From positions 8,990,001 to 9,054,000 of the forward strand of contig CM114271.1 of assembly GCA_050084515.1 (NCBI GenBank): DNA of 64,000 bases, read 5' to 3'. The stretch comes from Blasia pusilla. Lineage: Eukaryota. A program made the position numbers and the translations under genes. Of this stretch, positions 1 through 10,913 are shown piece by piece (the first letter of the stretch is position 1; each line of letters starts with the position of its first letter). The notes under the pieces were generated by a model. That model saw only the letters and a program-made list of their open reading frames with translations. It was not told the DNA's origin and ran no database searches.

Positions 1-131
1 AGAAAAGTGCAAAATAAATCACACAAAAAGTTTCCTCTCTTCAACCCAACGGAAACTCTCTTACAAAAAAGTATCTCTTTGGGTTGAAGGTAGTTTCCTC
101 TCTCCTCTCTTCCTCTCCTCTTACCACACCT
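1..131 (-). mobile_element. Left terminus of ParB-MTase/SWIM DNA element, copy A (continues off-window)
   Basis: Reverse complement of the left ends at 1520-1690 and 18511-18670 (AGGTGTGGTAAGAGGAGAGG...). Abuts a Gypsy RT fragment at 132. Confidence 0.85.
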
Positions 132-1290
132 CTCGTTGAAACACCTCCTCTAGATGTCGCTCATGCTCCTCAACCGTGGCGCTAAAGACTACAATGTCAT
201 AAATATAATATCTAGCAAAATCCAAACATGCCAAGATCTGATCCATGACTCTTTCAAACTTAGCAAGGGCATTCTTTAACCCAAATGGTAAGAACCACCT
301 CACGTGGCACCAAGTTGGTCCACCAAAGTTGCGGGCGATGTGCTCGTGAACCTACACTCGCCGTATCCAACAACACTTTGGGGCCAATTCATGCGTGCAT
401 CTAATGTGCACTCATCACCATGCGGGACCTCGAATTGGCCAAAATTGGCTGATTCTCTAGAGTGTATGCAAGAGAACAAGATTGATGCTCCTATAAATAT
501 CGCAAGATCCGCATCATCTCCCAAAAAAATTTGGACCAAGAGTCAACTAACCCGCTACCTTATCCAACACTCGATTGGCCCTAACACAACCAACCATAAA
601 TGACCAAGTCTATGGTCCCTACCCGATTCAAGTCCTACGCACCCAACAATGAAATATCCCTTGGTAGGAAACTCTAGTATCCCTGGACAGCAGACGCAGA
701 CAACAAGTCGGATAACCCGAGGTGTAACTACACCACATGGTGAAGTGAAGCGCGCCTTGCAACATCATCAATCTCCACATATAGGTACCGTTGCACGCAT
801 ACTCCAGCCTACAAAATAGTAGCTAAACTAGTGCTAATCCCACCAAAGAGATCTAGCACGAAAATACCCTCCTCTAGAATGCACCACACAATCGGGATGG
901 TGTCCAAAGGGGTCATAGTAGCACTGCTGGCTACCTCGAGTTCCTCTGACCCATCACGCTCTAATGCAAAGCTCTCGCTCCATGCGGTCTACACATGCAG
1001 ACTGTAGTATTGCTCTTGTCTGGTCTTGTTGGCATGCCTCCACAAGTGAAATTCTTTGGCATGCTTGTGATGACCTCCAAGAGGAATGAACACTTTCTGC
1101 TCCACTTGTGTTGGAGCAGAGCGCATTTTCATGAATGTTGAATCCCTGCAACAACCCCAATGTGAGAAGGGAACAAAAATAACTCAGAAGTAAAAGAAAT
1201 AAGCTACCTGTCAGAACCAGACGAGTTGCAAGGGCGAGGCATCCCATGAACGACTCTGCGACCTGTGAGTTCCTGACGTGTTGCAACACC
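132..1290 (-). mobile_element. Decayed, internally deleted fragment of a DNMT-carrying Ty3/Gypsy element
   Basis: Minus strand 132-303 encodes RT (LPFGLKNA...YIYDIVVFS), homologous to 44450-44610. 301-910 is homologous to the DNMT at 42633-43240. Upstream boundary is approximate. Confidence 0.8.
301..910 (-). pseudogene. C5 cytosine DNA methyltransferase domain (retrotransposon-borne), with stops
   Basis: Hand translation: VLDLFGGISTSLA (motif I), YVEID, DLVIYGWLC*G (motif IV remnant), LENQP (motif VI), AHRP.LWWTN (motif VIII). Confidence 0.85.
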
Positions 1291-1305
1291 CAGGAACCAC
1301 CTAGT

Positions 1306-1510
1306 GCAACCCATCAGATTTTGAGGGATTGCAAGTAAATTTGGCAATGCGACTTGCAACCCGTCCTTTTCGACTGGTTGAACACTCAAGAAACCTGTCA
1401 ACCTCTCGGATTCCGATGGGTTGCAAGTAAATTTGGCCATGCGACTTGCAACCCGTCGGTTTCCGACTGGTTGCACACTCAGGCAACCCATCGATTAGCG
1501 ACGGGTTGAA
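1306..1510. repeat. Cluster of 27-bp GCAACCCGTCGG...CCGACGGGTTGC palindromes (relic of another element copy)
   Basis: About five degenerate palindromes, e.g. gcaacccgtcggtttccgactggttgc near 1448. Confidence 0.8.
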
Positions 1511-1519
1511 CACTTCTCA

Positions 1520-2816
1520 AGGTGCGGTAAGGGGAGAGGAAGAGAGGAAGAGAGGAGAAAGGAGAGAGGAAACTACCTTTAACCGAAAGAGATACTTTTT
1601 TTTAAGAGAGTTTTCTGCAATTTGAAGAGAGTTTCCGTTGGGTTGAAGAGAGGAAAATTGTTGTGTGAATTTTTTTGCACTTTTCTGCTCAATTCTTAAG
1701 CACTTCCACAAAAGTCTTTTTCCTCTTCCACATTTTGGCAACCCCTCTGAGTCCGACGAGTTGCAAATTGCACAAAATTTAGAAAACTGAAAAATCAGTG
1801 GAATCATAAGTGTGGAACCAATCACTTTTTCCATCCAAGGTCTGGAAAAAATCTATCATTTTCCCTAGGCTGAATAGAGTTCAAGATCAAAGTGAAGGTT
1901 TTGGAAAAATGAAATTACAATCTAAAACCTTATTTTGCATCCTCAAAGTGGTTTGTTTAGAATATTTCACACTTCTTTGAGGGACAAATTGGTTGGTGGA
2001 TTCCTACTCCTACCTCCGACTCTCTTAAAACTAAAAGCGACACAGAGTACATGTGCTTACAAGGGAAATATCTTTTGCCACTTGTCTCTCTTTGGACAAA
2101 CTCATCACATGAACATGTGGGAAAGCAACAGATGTGCACCACATACATCCCTGTGACACTCGAATTTACAATGTTGTTCTTGACCCAATACATCCTTCCT
2201 ATTCCATTGCCACTCTGGACATCATTCGTGGCGATGATCTCCATTTTTGCCTCCCGAGCTGATGCAATTTGCTTTGCCCTCTCCACCGTTGGCCTACACA
2301 TTCTCTTTCTCTTCATCCCATTTCTAGACTGAAACAGAAATAGTGGATTGAGATCATCCACCTTCTCCGGATACATGTTGACATCAATCTTGGGTTGAAT
2401 ACGAAATGCAAAGGTCTCTGTAATGCAAACATGCTGTGAACTTCCTCCATCTACGAGTCTAAAACCAACACTTGTAAGATTGTCCACTTTGTCTTGAGTG
2501 CAATTCATACGTGCGGCGATGGGCCAAATCGTGGGGGTATTCCCTGGAGCTCCAATGGCAGCCGGATAAGACTTATGAAAAGCGCAAGATTCATTTGGGT
2601 AGAAGAAGTACTTCAATTGATCCCTGGTCCTCGTGAAACGATCAAAGGTTTTGAGTCCCCAAAATCCAGGAAATGGTCGTCCAGTCCTTGTACAATTTTT
2701 TTTAGGAAAGTACCGCATGCTCTCCTAATGCCATCAGATCCTGGACTCCAAGTGGGTCCACGTTTTGGGTTGCTCCGAGATATATGCCACCGTTTGAGGT
2801 TGCAATCCTCCTCAAT
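1520..2816 (+). mobile_element. DNA element copy B: left end plus 3' part of SWIM gene, cut by copy C
   Basis: Colinear with 18511-19803. Breaks at 2816/2817 where a right terminus (GGGGGCAGGTATTCTG) begins. Confidence 0.9.
1957..2816 (-). pseudogene. C-terminal part of SWIM zinc-finger (Mutator-like) protein
   Basis: YVVHICCFPTCSCDEF...PCKHMY (CxC-xn-CxH). Frameshifted and 5'-truncated by an insertion. Confidence 0.8.
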
Positions 2817-5800
2817 GGGGGCAGGTATTCTGGCAAGAGAGAGTAAAAGAGGAGAGGAAGAGAGGAAGAGAGGAGAGTCTCTCTTAAAAAACAAGGGCCA
2901 AATCTGCCTCCTCTCTTCAAAACTTTATGACATATTTTGAAATTTTGTTTGCTTTCAAATTCAGGAAATCTTTAGAAGAGAGTAGGTAGTGGTCCACATT
3001 TGGCCCTAAAAAAACCTCCTTTTTCCTGGGGGCAAAAAAAAAGTAGACATCATAAGACCACCACAAACATTTTTCCATCACTCTCCATGTGAGCCTAATT
3101 TTCTTAACATTACCTGTCTCGGTCTACAAAAAGCAGTGCCCATGGGTATTTTTGTTGGAGGACCACCCGGATGCCAACCTCTCTTTTGGCACGGATTGTT
3201 GCCTGCATCATGGCCTCCCCTGAATTGCCCCATAACCAACTTTCTGTTGGTTATGAATGGTGTCTGCTCAAGACCAACTTTGTGAAATGTGAACACATGA
3301 GAGGATAATTGAACCAAAATATAGTTAGTATGCTGGAGTAAAGAGGAACTGATGTCCCTTCATTCAGATCCTAAAGCTGAGAAACCGAGAAGCTGCACCC
3401 CTCCCAACCCGTAAGAAAGCTCACCATAAGAAAGGAAAGATTTTTAGAAGTGATTTTTTTCCACCTTGCACCCACGACAATCTAACAGGTTGGGAATCCG
3501 AAATGGCAATCCGACAAGTAGTAGGAATCCTGCACATCTTAGACAAGAAAAGAAGCCTACAACTGGTTTGACGAATCTAGGGGAACGAGCCAAAAGTTAA
3601 GAATCCCGCCACAATGCGTCAGAAGTTGGTCTCACAGGGAAAGAGTCTGATCACTCAAGTAGTCAACCTGTCCTAATCCGACAGCTTGCCTGAAAATGGT
3701 TAAAAAGTTGCAGTGGGCAAAAAGCAAAAAGTTGCATCCCGTCGGAATCATACGGGTTGCAAAATTGTAATTCTGAGTAGCTAAAAGAACACAATCCACA
3801 AGTCCAACAAAAATTTCCAGCAAACTTTTACAAACACCATTATGGGTTGAAAAAATCTTGTCCTGTATTACCTCCGAAGGAACCTCGGAAATGTACATTT
3901 GACCTAGTCTATGATTTCTTTAGCCTCGTCATCTACAAATTTAATCCTAACTCTCCTCGGTAACAGTACAAAAGGAATGTCCTGGGATACAAGTGGCTCC
4001 TTTGGCCGATTGTAGACGGGGATCGAAAATGTTGGCGAATTCGAGAGCCTTGGCCCCCCCCTAGGTACCCCATAACGGTCCCATGTAACCTGATTTGAGT
4101 CCCACCGCCTTCCTCGGCAGTATACCTTGTACGCTCTGCAATGTGACACCCATCCAGTATCAATATGTGCTCCGTCCTTGGTAATGCCATTATGGCAATC
4201 GCACAGGTAGTAGGAATCCAACACGTCTCAGAGAAGAAAAGAAGCCTACGCCTACCTTTACGAGTTGAGGGGAAGGTGCCAAGGGAAGAAGCCCACCAGA
4301 CTGCCTCTTAAGTTGGACCAACAGGGAAAGAGTCCGATCAGGAAATCTGTCGGAATCCGATAGGTTGCCTAGAAGTGGTAAAAAGGTGTTGTCGTCAAAA
4401 AGTGAAAAGTTGCAAGCAGGAGAAATCCGACGGTTTGCAAAATAGAAGTCTGCGGAGTACATAGACGATCACATTCGAAAAGACATAAAAAATGTTCAGC
4501 AAACTTTTACAAGCACCACCATCGTTCGAAAAAATCATCTCCTTTATATCATCCGAAAAAAGCCCGGAACTGTACATTTGATCTATTCTATGAAATCTTT
4601 TGCCTCATCATCAAATAACTCCCTACTCCAAACGTTGCAGTCAAGCTGGGTCCTTGAGTTCTTTGAACTCACTCGTCATCATCCGAGAGCTCTTGCAAAA
4701 TTACTTTCGGCCTTGCCCTCCCGATTTTCGGAATCGTTGGAAGTGACGATGGAGTCACTACCAATGGTGGGTTTGGAATCGGAGCTCTCGGCTTTGGTGG
4801 AGAGTTGTACGCCCCAACGAGCCTTTTGAATTCTGCCTTTGCCTCCTTGCAAAGGTCAAACAGTTCCTCCCTTCCCTCGAGGCAGAGAATGTTCCTGTCA
4901 CTCTGCCAGGCGCCTTTGATACTTGCCCCTGAAAGTCCCACTAAGTCGAACACCAAGTCACCCGGCCTTGAGCAGAGCTCGATGAGCGTTTGCATCAGGG
5001 TTGGCAATTTTTTCCTTCCTCCCAGAAGTGGGGTACTGTCTTGCATGTAAATTCCTGGGGGGGAATTGTACAAACTATCTAAGCTGTACCCATCTGAGCA
5101 TGGATCCACAGGATCCTCGATCTTGAACACTTGGAAATTGTGCTCGGGCCGAACGAAGCAGTACACGTAGGAGTGGTCCATCTGTAAAGAAGCACGTTTG
5201 AAACAATGTCAGCAACTTGGCATAATGTGCAACACGTCACCAAAGAAGTCGGCTTGACCCTAGAGAACTTTTTCAATTACTAACTTTGGATCAACCCGTC
5301 CGGCTCTCCGTTGTTTTTCTCCGTGAGCAACCTGTCGCCTTCCGACGGGTTGCTGGCCTAGAGCAACCCATGCTCGGGTGAGAGCAACCCATCGCTTTCC
5401 GACGGGTTGCAGCTTTCCGGAAACACAGGGAAAAACCAAAAGTAAGTGCAACCCGTCGGGTTCCAACGGGTTGCAGGTACACCACGGTTTCCCCTGTGTT
5501 TCTGGGAAAGATGCAACCCGTAAAAAATGGACGGGTTGCTCTCAGCCAAGCATGGGCTGGTCTAAGCCAGCAACCCGTTGCCTTCCAACGGGTTGCTCAC
5601 GGACAAAAAAAAAACGGAGATATACTATTTGAATTTGAAAATATATTTGAGATTATACTACAGGAATTGAGCCTTACCCGAATCTGACTCGTCGCGGATC
5701 GGAGTGGGTACTCGTTTTTTATGATCCACGATTGCGCCGTCCTCCACTTTAGCGACCTCTTGACGCACTGGAGGTTGAAGAGCTCGTCCGCGCTCCCTCC

Positions 5801-6579
5801 AATCAACACCAAGAATCAGCCCCTGTCACTCAGATAGGCATTTGCAAAGGAGAACAATAGCGCGATTTGGTCATAAGAGAGCGGCACATTCCACTCAGGT
5901 ACCCCGTCCGACGGATTCTCGCCCCACAGTCGCAACCCCCAGGGCAGATCAACGATCAAGAGATCCACCGCAACCTTTTCGACCACTCCATTCACCGTCC
6001 AGGCAGCGTGCCCGTTTCATTGGACCTTCAATCCCAGCGTTGTCAATTTATCAATGGCTGGTGTCGACGCTTGAGAATTGAAGCTTTTCAGCTCATCCAG
6101 TAAAGGAGTGAACTGAAGTAGGATGCTTGTCCGGGTCGTTCTTTGTCTATGTCTTCCCAAGGATGATGGACTGTATTCTCCTTGTGACAACCCTGGCACC
6201 TCTCGCTTCCGCTTCTCCTGAGTCTGCGGACGGCTTGTCGGGGTCTCTATGACCTCAGACTCTGGTGGGGTTTTTTTTGCCGAGGACCTGGTCTGACCCT
6301 CTCTCCCCGCTCGCCCGGACGATTCCGCCTCTGGCCTTGAATCTTCAGCCTCTCTTTGGGAAGACTCGGCCTCGGAATTTTTCCCTCCCCTCGCCTTGCC
6401 TTTGAGACCCGCTGTGGATTTGTCTTTGGCTGTGCGGACCTTGGAAGCCAACTTAGCTGTCTCGTGGGCTTGCTCTTCCGCATCTCCTCTGAAGAAGTCT
6501 TCAGGCTGCACAAAATTGGGGATGTCGTCTTGTCTTGAGGCCACTGCATCATGAAGCACTCGTAAATCCTTATCGGTGA
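2817..6579 (-). mobile_element. DNA element copy C: right end to middle of ParB-MTase gene, inverted
   Basis: Reverse complement of about 24697-28480, including the intact right terminus. Confidence 0.9.
4669..6579 (-). pseudogene. ParB-MTase gene, 3' half (part of exon 3 at 5678-6579, intron 5182-5677, exon 4 at 4669-5181)
   Basis: Matches copy D exons. GT-AG intron filled with palindromes. MTase-like LIELCSRPGDLVFDL. Confidence 0.85.
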
Positions 6580-6582
6580 CTT

Positions 6583-9500
6583 GGATCGCCGATGAAAAGA
6601 GAGAAAAGAAGCGTCTGGACGCGTCGGTGAGGAGAGCAGAATTGGCTAAAGCGAGGAGGGAAAAAATGATAGCCATTGATGAGAGTCCTACCCGTCCAAC
6701 CGGAAGTGTTGAGATGCGGGAAATGTCCCCGATGAAGTCCGGGGCACAATCAACATAGCGGAAACACCAGAAGTTCAAATCACGGACGATGAGGTCATGA
6801 GGACCGCCAGCATGGAGATGGTGGACATTGCCGAAGAAGCAGGAGAGCGGTCATTATCGTCTCCAAGCCCGGCGGAAGAGATCGACCTCTATCGGATTGA
6901 CGAGTTCCCAGTGGACTTGCCAGCTGCTGTCTCAAACAAGTTGGCTGGTCAAGAAACCGACCCAATCTCCGAGCGGGTAAGAGAGGATCTGGGTTTTTTG
7001 AATTATGTGAATTGCAATTCATTGGGAATTCAATGTAGCTTATTGATCTTGTCCCGGTTTTGACAGGTGGTAAAGCACATGGCACTGATGGAGGGCCACA
7101 ACGCCCCAAGGATTCCACTCTGCCGATTGCGGACAATGGAATACGTCCGCAAAATTCAGTCCAATGAGGATATCGCGAAGCTAAAACAATCGGCGGCGAC
7201 AGCATCCTACGTCGACAGCTTCCCTCCCTTCTATGTTTAGCCTTACGATGAGCATGGAACCCAAGCCCTGGTTATGGGGGAGGACTTGGATAAGCTTGAC
7301 ACATTCTGGAGGATGAGAGACCAAGATTTCAGAAGGCAAGTAGAGGGCATGGAATTCAGGTGGATGAGGAATCTGCATTTCTTCATCTGGGATGGAAATC
7401 ACAGGTTCATGGCGTGGACAAAGTTTGCAGAGGAGCGGCCCAACTCCTTGGAGGCACATTTTTGCGTGAAGGCACTGGTCCTTCATCCATACCCTCATCA
7501 CATGGCGACGGTGGAGATGGCCATGCATGCCATGAACACGTAAGTATCTTCTTGCTGTAAACCGTCAGACCCCGAAAAGTTGTTTGGGTTGCCATTGTTG
7601 TTGGGATGCTTTTGGCCAAACGCAACTCGTCAGACTCCAACGAGTTGCTCGATTGATGAATGGGTTAAGATGTTTTTTGCCGAAAGCAACTCGTTGGACT
7701 CTGACGAGTTGCTCGAATGACGGCAGAAGTTAGGATGTTTTTGGCCTAAAGCAACCCGTCGGAGTCCGACAGGTTGCTTGACTCGAAGCTGTTTGGAGGT
7801 TTTTTTAAATGTTTTTGGCCAAAAGCAACTCGTCGGAGTCCGACGGGTTGCATTCGGAAGTTGGAAGCTACCTTTTTCGCGTCAAATTGCAACTTTCCAT
7901 TCAATTGCGCAACCTATTGGACTCCGACGGGTTGCTATGTTCACGTTTGATACGGACTATCTGACAACCCGTCAGAGTCTGACGGATTGAAACCAGGCAT
8001 TCACAAATGTGAATGCAATCCGTCGGACTGCGACGGGTTGCATCATTTAGCTCGTTGCTAGAATCCGACCTTGAGCTGTGACGACCCGTCGGAGTCCAAC
8101 GGTTTGCAGGAACCCTTGTAACTTACAAATTTTCTGACGGGTTGAGTTTGGATGTGCAGGATTGTATCGGAGGGGAATGTCACCCACCACAGGATCCTGG
8201 ACTGCGATCGGGTGAAGAAGGTACTTACGACGCACCCGGCAGAGTACAAGGGGTTCTTGGGCGATGCCCTGGTAAATCAGATGCTTGCAAAGGGTGCACA
8301 GATAAAAAAGAAGACTTGGGCAAATAAGTTTATTTCCCAAGATGCGCCAGAACAATCCTTTCTTTGGTCAAAGATACAGAGCCCCTTGAAGAAGAGCGCC
8401 GCACTAGAGCTGGAGCGGAGGGAGAAAGTATCTGGGTCTGAGCGCACGAAATTCATCCAAGCTGTAGTATCTGCACCCACAAAATACACGGCGAGCAAGA
8501 TGCAGCGCTACATCAGCATTCTCAACCCCGAACTTGGTCCGGAGTTTTACAAGGAGTTGAAGGCGATTATCAAGCGCCAGCGGAAAAGGGATGAAGATCC
8601 GCAAGGTCGGATTGGGGAGAAAGTGTCCCTGGATCACGTGCATCGGTTTGCGTTGTCTGGAATAAGAAATTTTAGGAGGATCCCACTGATGAAAATCAGT
8701 CTCGAGGGCACAGAGGTCCAGAAGAGGGCGGCACACCATCCTCCACGTCTGTCTGATCCAGTGATCTCCCACAGGCTCCGCGAATGGTCGTTCTGGGACG
8801 CGTTGCGGGTTATCGGGAAGTCCGTGCTGGAGGGTCTCCAAGCGGAGCTCAAAAGATTAGAGCCCATTCCGGATGAAGCAAACCTAGAAAGTTCTGTAGA
8901 TTTGGAGGTTTGGCTCGACGACATCCGAGACAAGCCAATCAAAAACCGAGGATTCAAGACAATGTTCAAGGTTTGCGTCCTCCCTTAGGCAGACCTTGAC
9001 GAAGAAATCGAGGGGAACAAACGGGATCAAGCAAAGAAGAAGCGAGATCTTCAAGAGCAGGCGGCCAATTCAGTTTGTGTAAAATTTGCCCAACGGATGG
9101 TCTTCAGGTACCTCGTCCATTGTAAGAATGCAGGTTCTTGGGGAAAAATACCGGCAGCCTCGAAATTGTGGGCTTCGCCGCCTGATGGAGAGACATTCTC
9201 CATGTACGACATGGAGATGGCTCAACACATGTCCGATTGGGAGGTGGAGAAATGCCCGATTTGGCTTGACTTCAACGACCCTGAAGACATCACCGAGAAA
9301 GATTTACGAGTGCTTCATGATACAGTGGCCTCAGGACGGGACGACATCCCCAATTTTGTGCAGCCTGAAGACTTCTTTGAAGGAGATGCGGAAGCCCTCG
9401 AGACAGATGAGTTGGCTTCAAAGGTCCGCACAGCCAAAGACAAATCCACAGCGGGTCTTAAAGGCAAGGCGAGGGGAGGGAAGAATTCTGAGGCCGAGTC

Positions 9501-10913
9501 TTCCCAAAGAGAGGCTGAAGATTCAAGGCCAGAGGCGGAATCGTCCGGGCGAGCGGGGAGAGAGGGTCAGACCAGGTCCTCGGGAGAAGCGGAAGCAAGA
9601 TGTGCCAGGGTCGTCCCAAGGAGAATACATTCCATCATCCTTGGGAAGACACAAAGAAACAACGACCCGGACAAGCATCCTCCTTCAGTTCACGAATTTA
9701 ATGGATGAGCTGAAAAGCTTCAGTTCTCAAGCGTCGACACCTGCCATCGATAAATTGACAACGTTGGGACGGAAGCTCCAACGCGGGCACGCTCCCTGGA
9801 CGGTGAATGGAGTGGTCAAAGAGGTTGCGGTGGATCTGTTGATCTCTGATCTGCCCTCGGGGTTGCGATTGTGGGACGAGAATCTGTCGGACGGGGTACC
9901 TGATTGGAATGTTCCTCTCTCTTATGACCAAATCGCGCTATTGTTCTCCTTTGCAGACGCCTATCTGAGTGACAGGGGCTGCTTCTTAGTGTTGACTGGA
10001 GGGAGCGAGGATGAGCTTTTCAACCTCCGGTGCATCAAGAGGTCGCTAAAGTGGAGGATGGCGCAATCGTGGATCATGAAAAATGAGTACCCACTATGAT
10101 CCGCGACGAGTCATATTCGGGTAAGGCTCAATTCCTGTAGTATATTCTCAAATATATATTCAAATTCAAGTAAGGCTCAATTCCTGTAATTTCAGATAGT
10201 ATATCTCCGTTGTTTTTGTCCGCGAGCAGCTCATCGCCTTGCGACGGGTTGGTCATGGACAAAACAACCCGTCGGACTCCGACAGTTTGCTCCAAAGTTA
10301 GTAATTGAAAAAAGTTCTCTAGGGTCAAGCGGAGTTCTTTGGTGACGTGTTGCACATTATGCCAAGTTGTTGACATTCTTTCCAACATGCTTCTTTACAG
10401 ATGGACCACTCCTACGTTTACTGCTTCGTTCGGCCCGAGCACAACTTCCAGGTGTTCAAGATCCAGGATCCTGTGGATCCATGCTCAGATGGGTACAGCT
10501 TAGATAGTTTGTACAATTCCCCCCCGGGAATATACATGCAAGACGGTACCCCACTTCTGGGAGGAAGGGAAAAGTCGCCAGCCCTGATGCAAACGCTCAT
10601 CGAGCTCTGCTCAAGGCCGGGTGACTTGGTGTTCGACTTAGTGGGACTTTCACGGGCGAGTATCAAAGGCGCCAGGCAGAGTAGCAGGAACATTCTCTGC
10701 CTCGAGGGAAGGGAGGAACTGTTTGACCTTTGCAAGGAGGCAAAGGCAGAATACGAAAGGCTCGTTGGGGCGTACAACTCTCCACCGAAGCCGAGAGCTC
10801 CGGTTCCAGACCCACCATTGGTAGTGACACCATCGTCACTTCCAACAATTCCGAAAATCGGGAGGGCAAGGCCGAAAGTAATATTGCAAGAGCTCTCGGA
10901 CGATGACGAGTGA
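6583..10913 (+). pseudogene. ParB/Srx-like + amino-DNA-methyltransferase-like gene (best-preserved copy): exons <6583-6976, 7067-7539, 8160-10120, 10401-10913
   Basis: Three GT..AG introns with consistent phase. Exon 2: RIPLCRL...FPPFYV...FFIWDGNHRFMAW...MHAMN. Exons 3/4: VDLLISDLPSG...YLSDRGCFLV...EKSPALMQTLIELCSRPGDLVFDLVGLS..S. A few stops and frameshifts. Confidence 0.8.
7620..8143. repeat. Palindrome array in intron 2 (copy D)
   Basis: Multiple copies, e.g. 7751 gcaacccgtcggagtccgacaggttgc, with irregular spacers. Confidence 0.9.

Noticed and set aside
6583-10913. Bacterial plasmid, prophage or contamination (ParB + methylase)
   Set aside because: Phase-consistent GT-AG introns, a TSD-flanked transposon context and interleaving with LTR retrotransposons show it is nuclear eukaryotic DNA.
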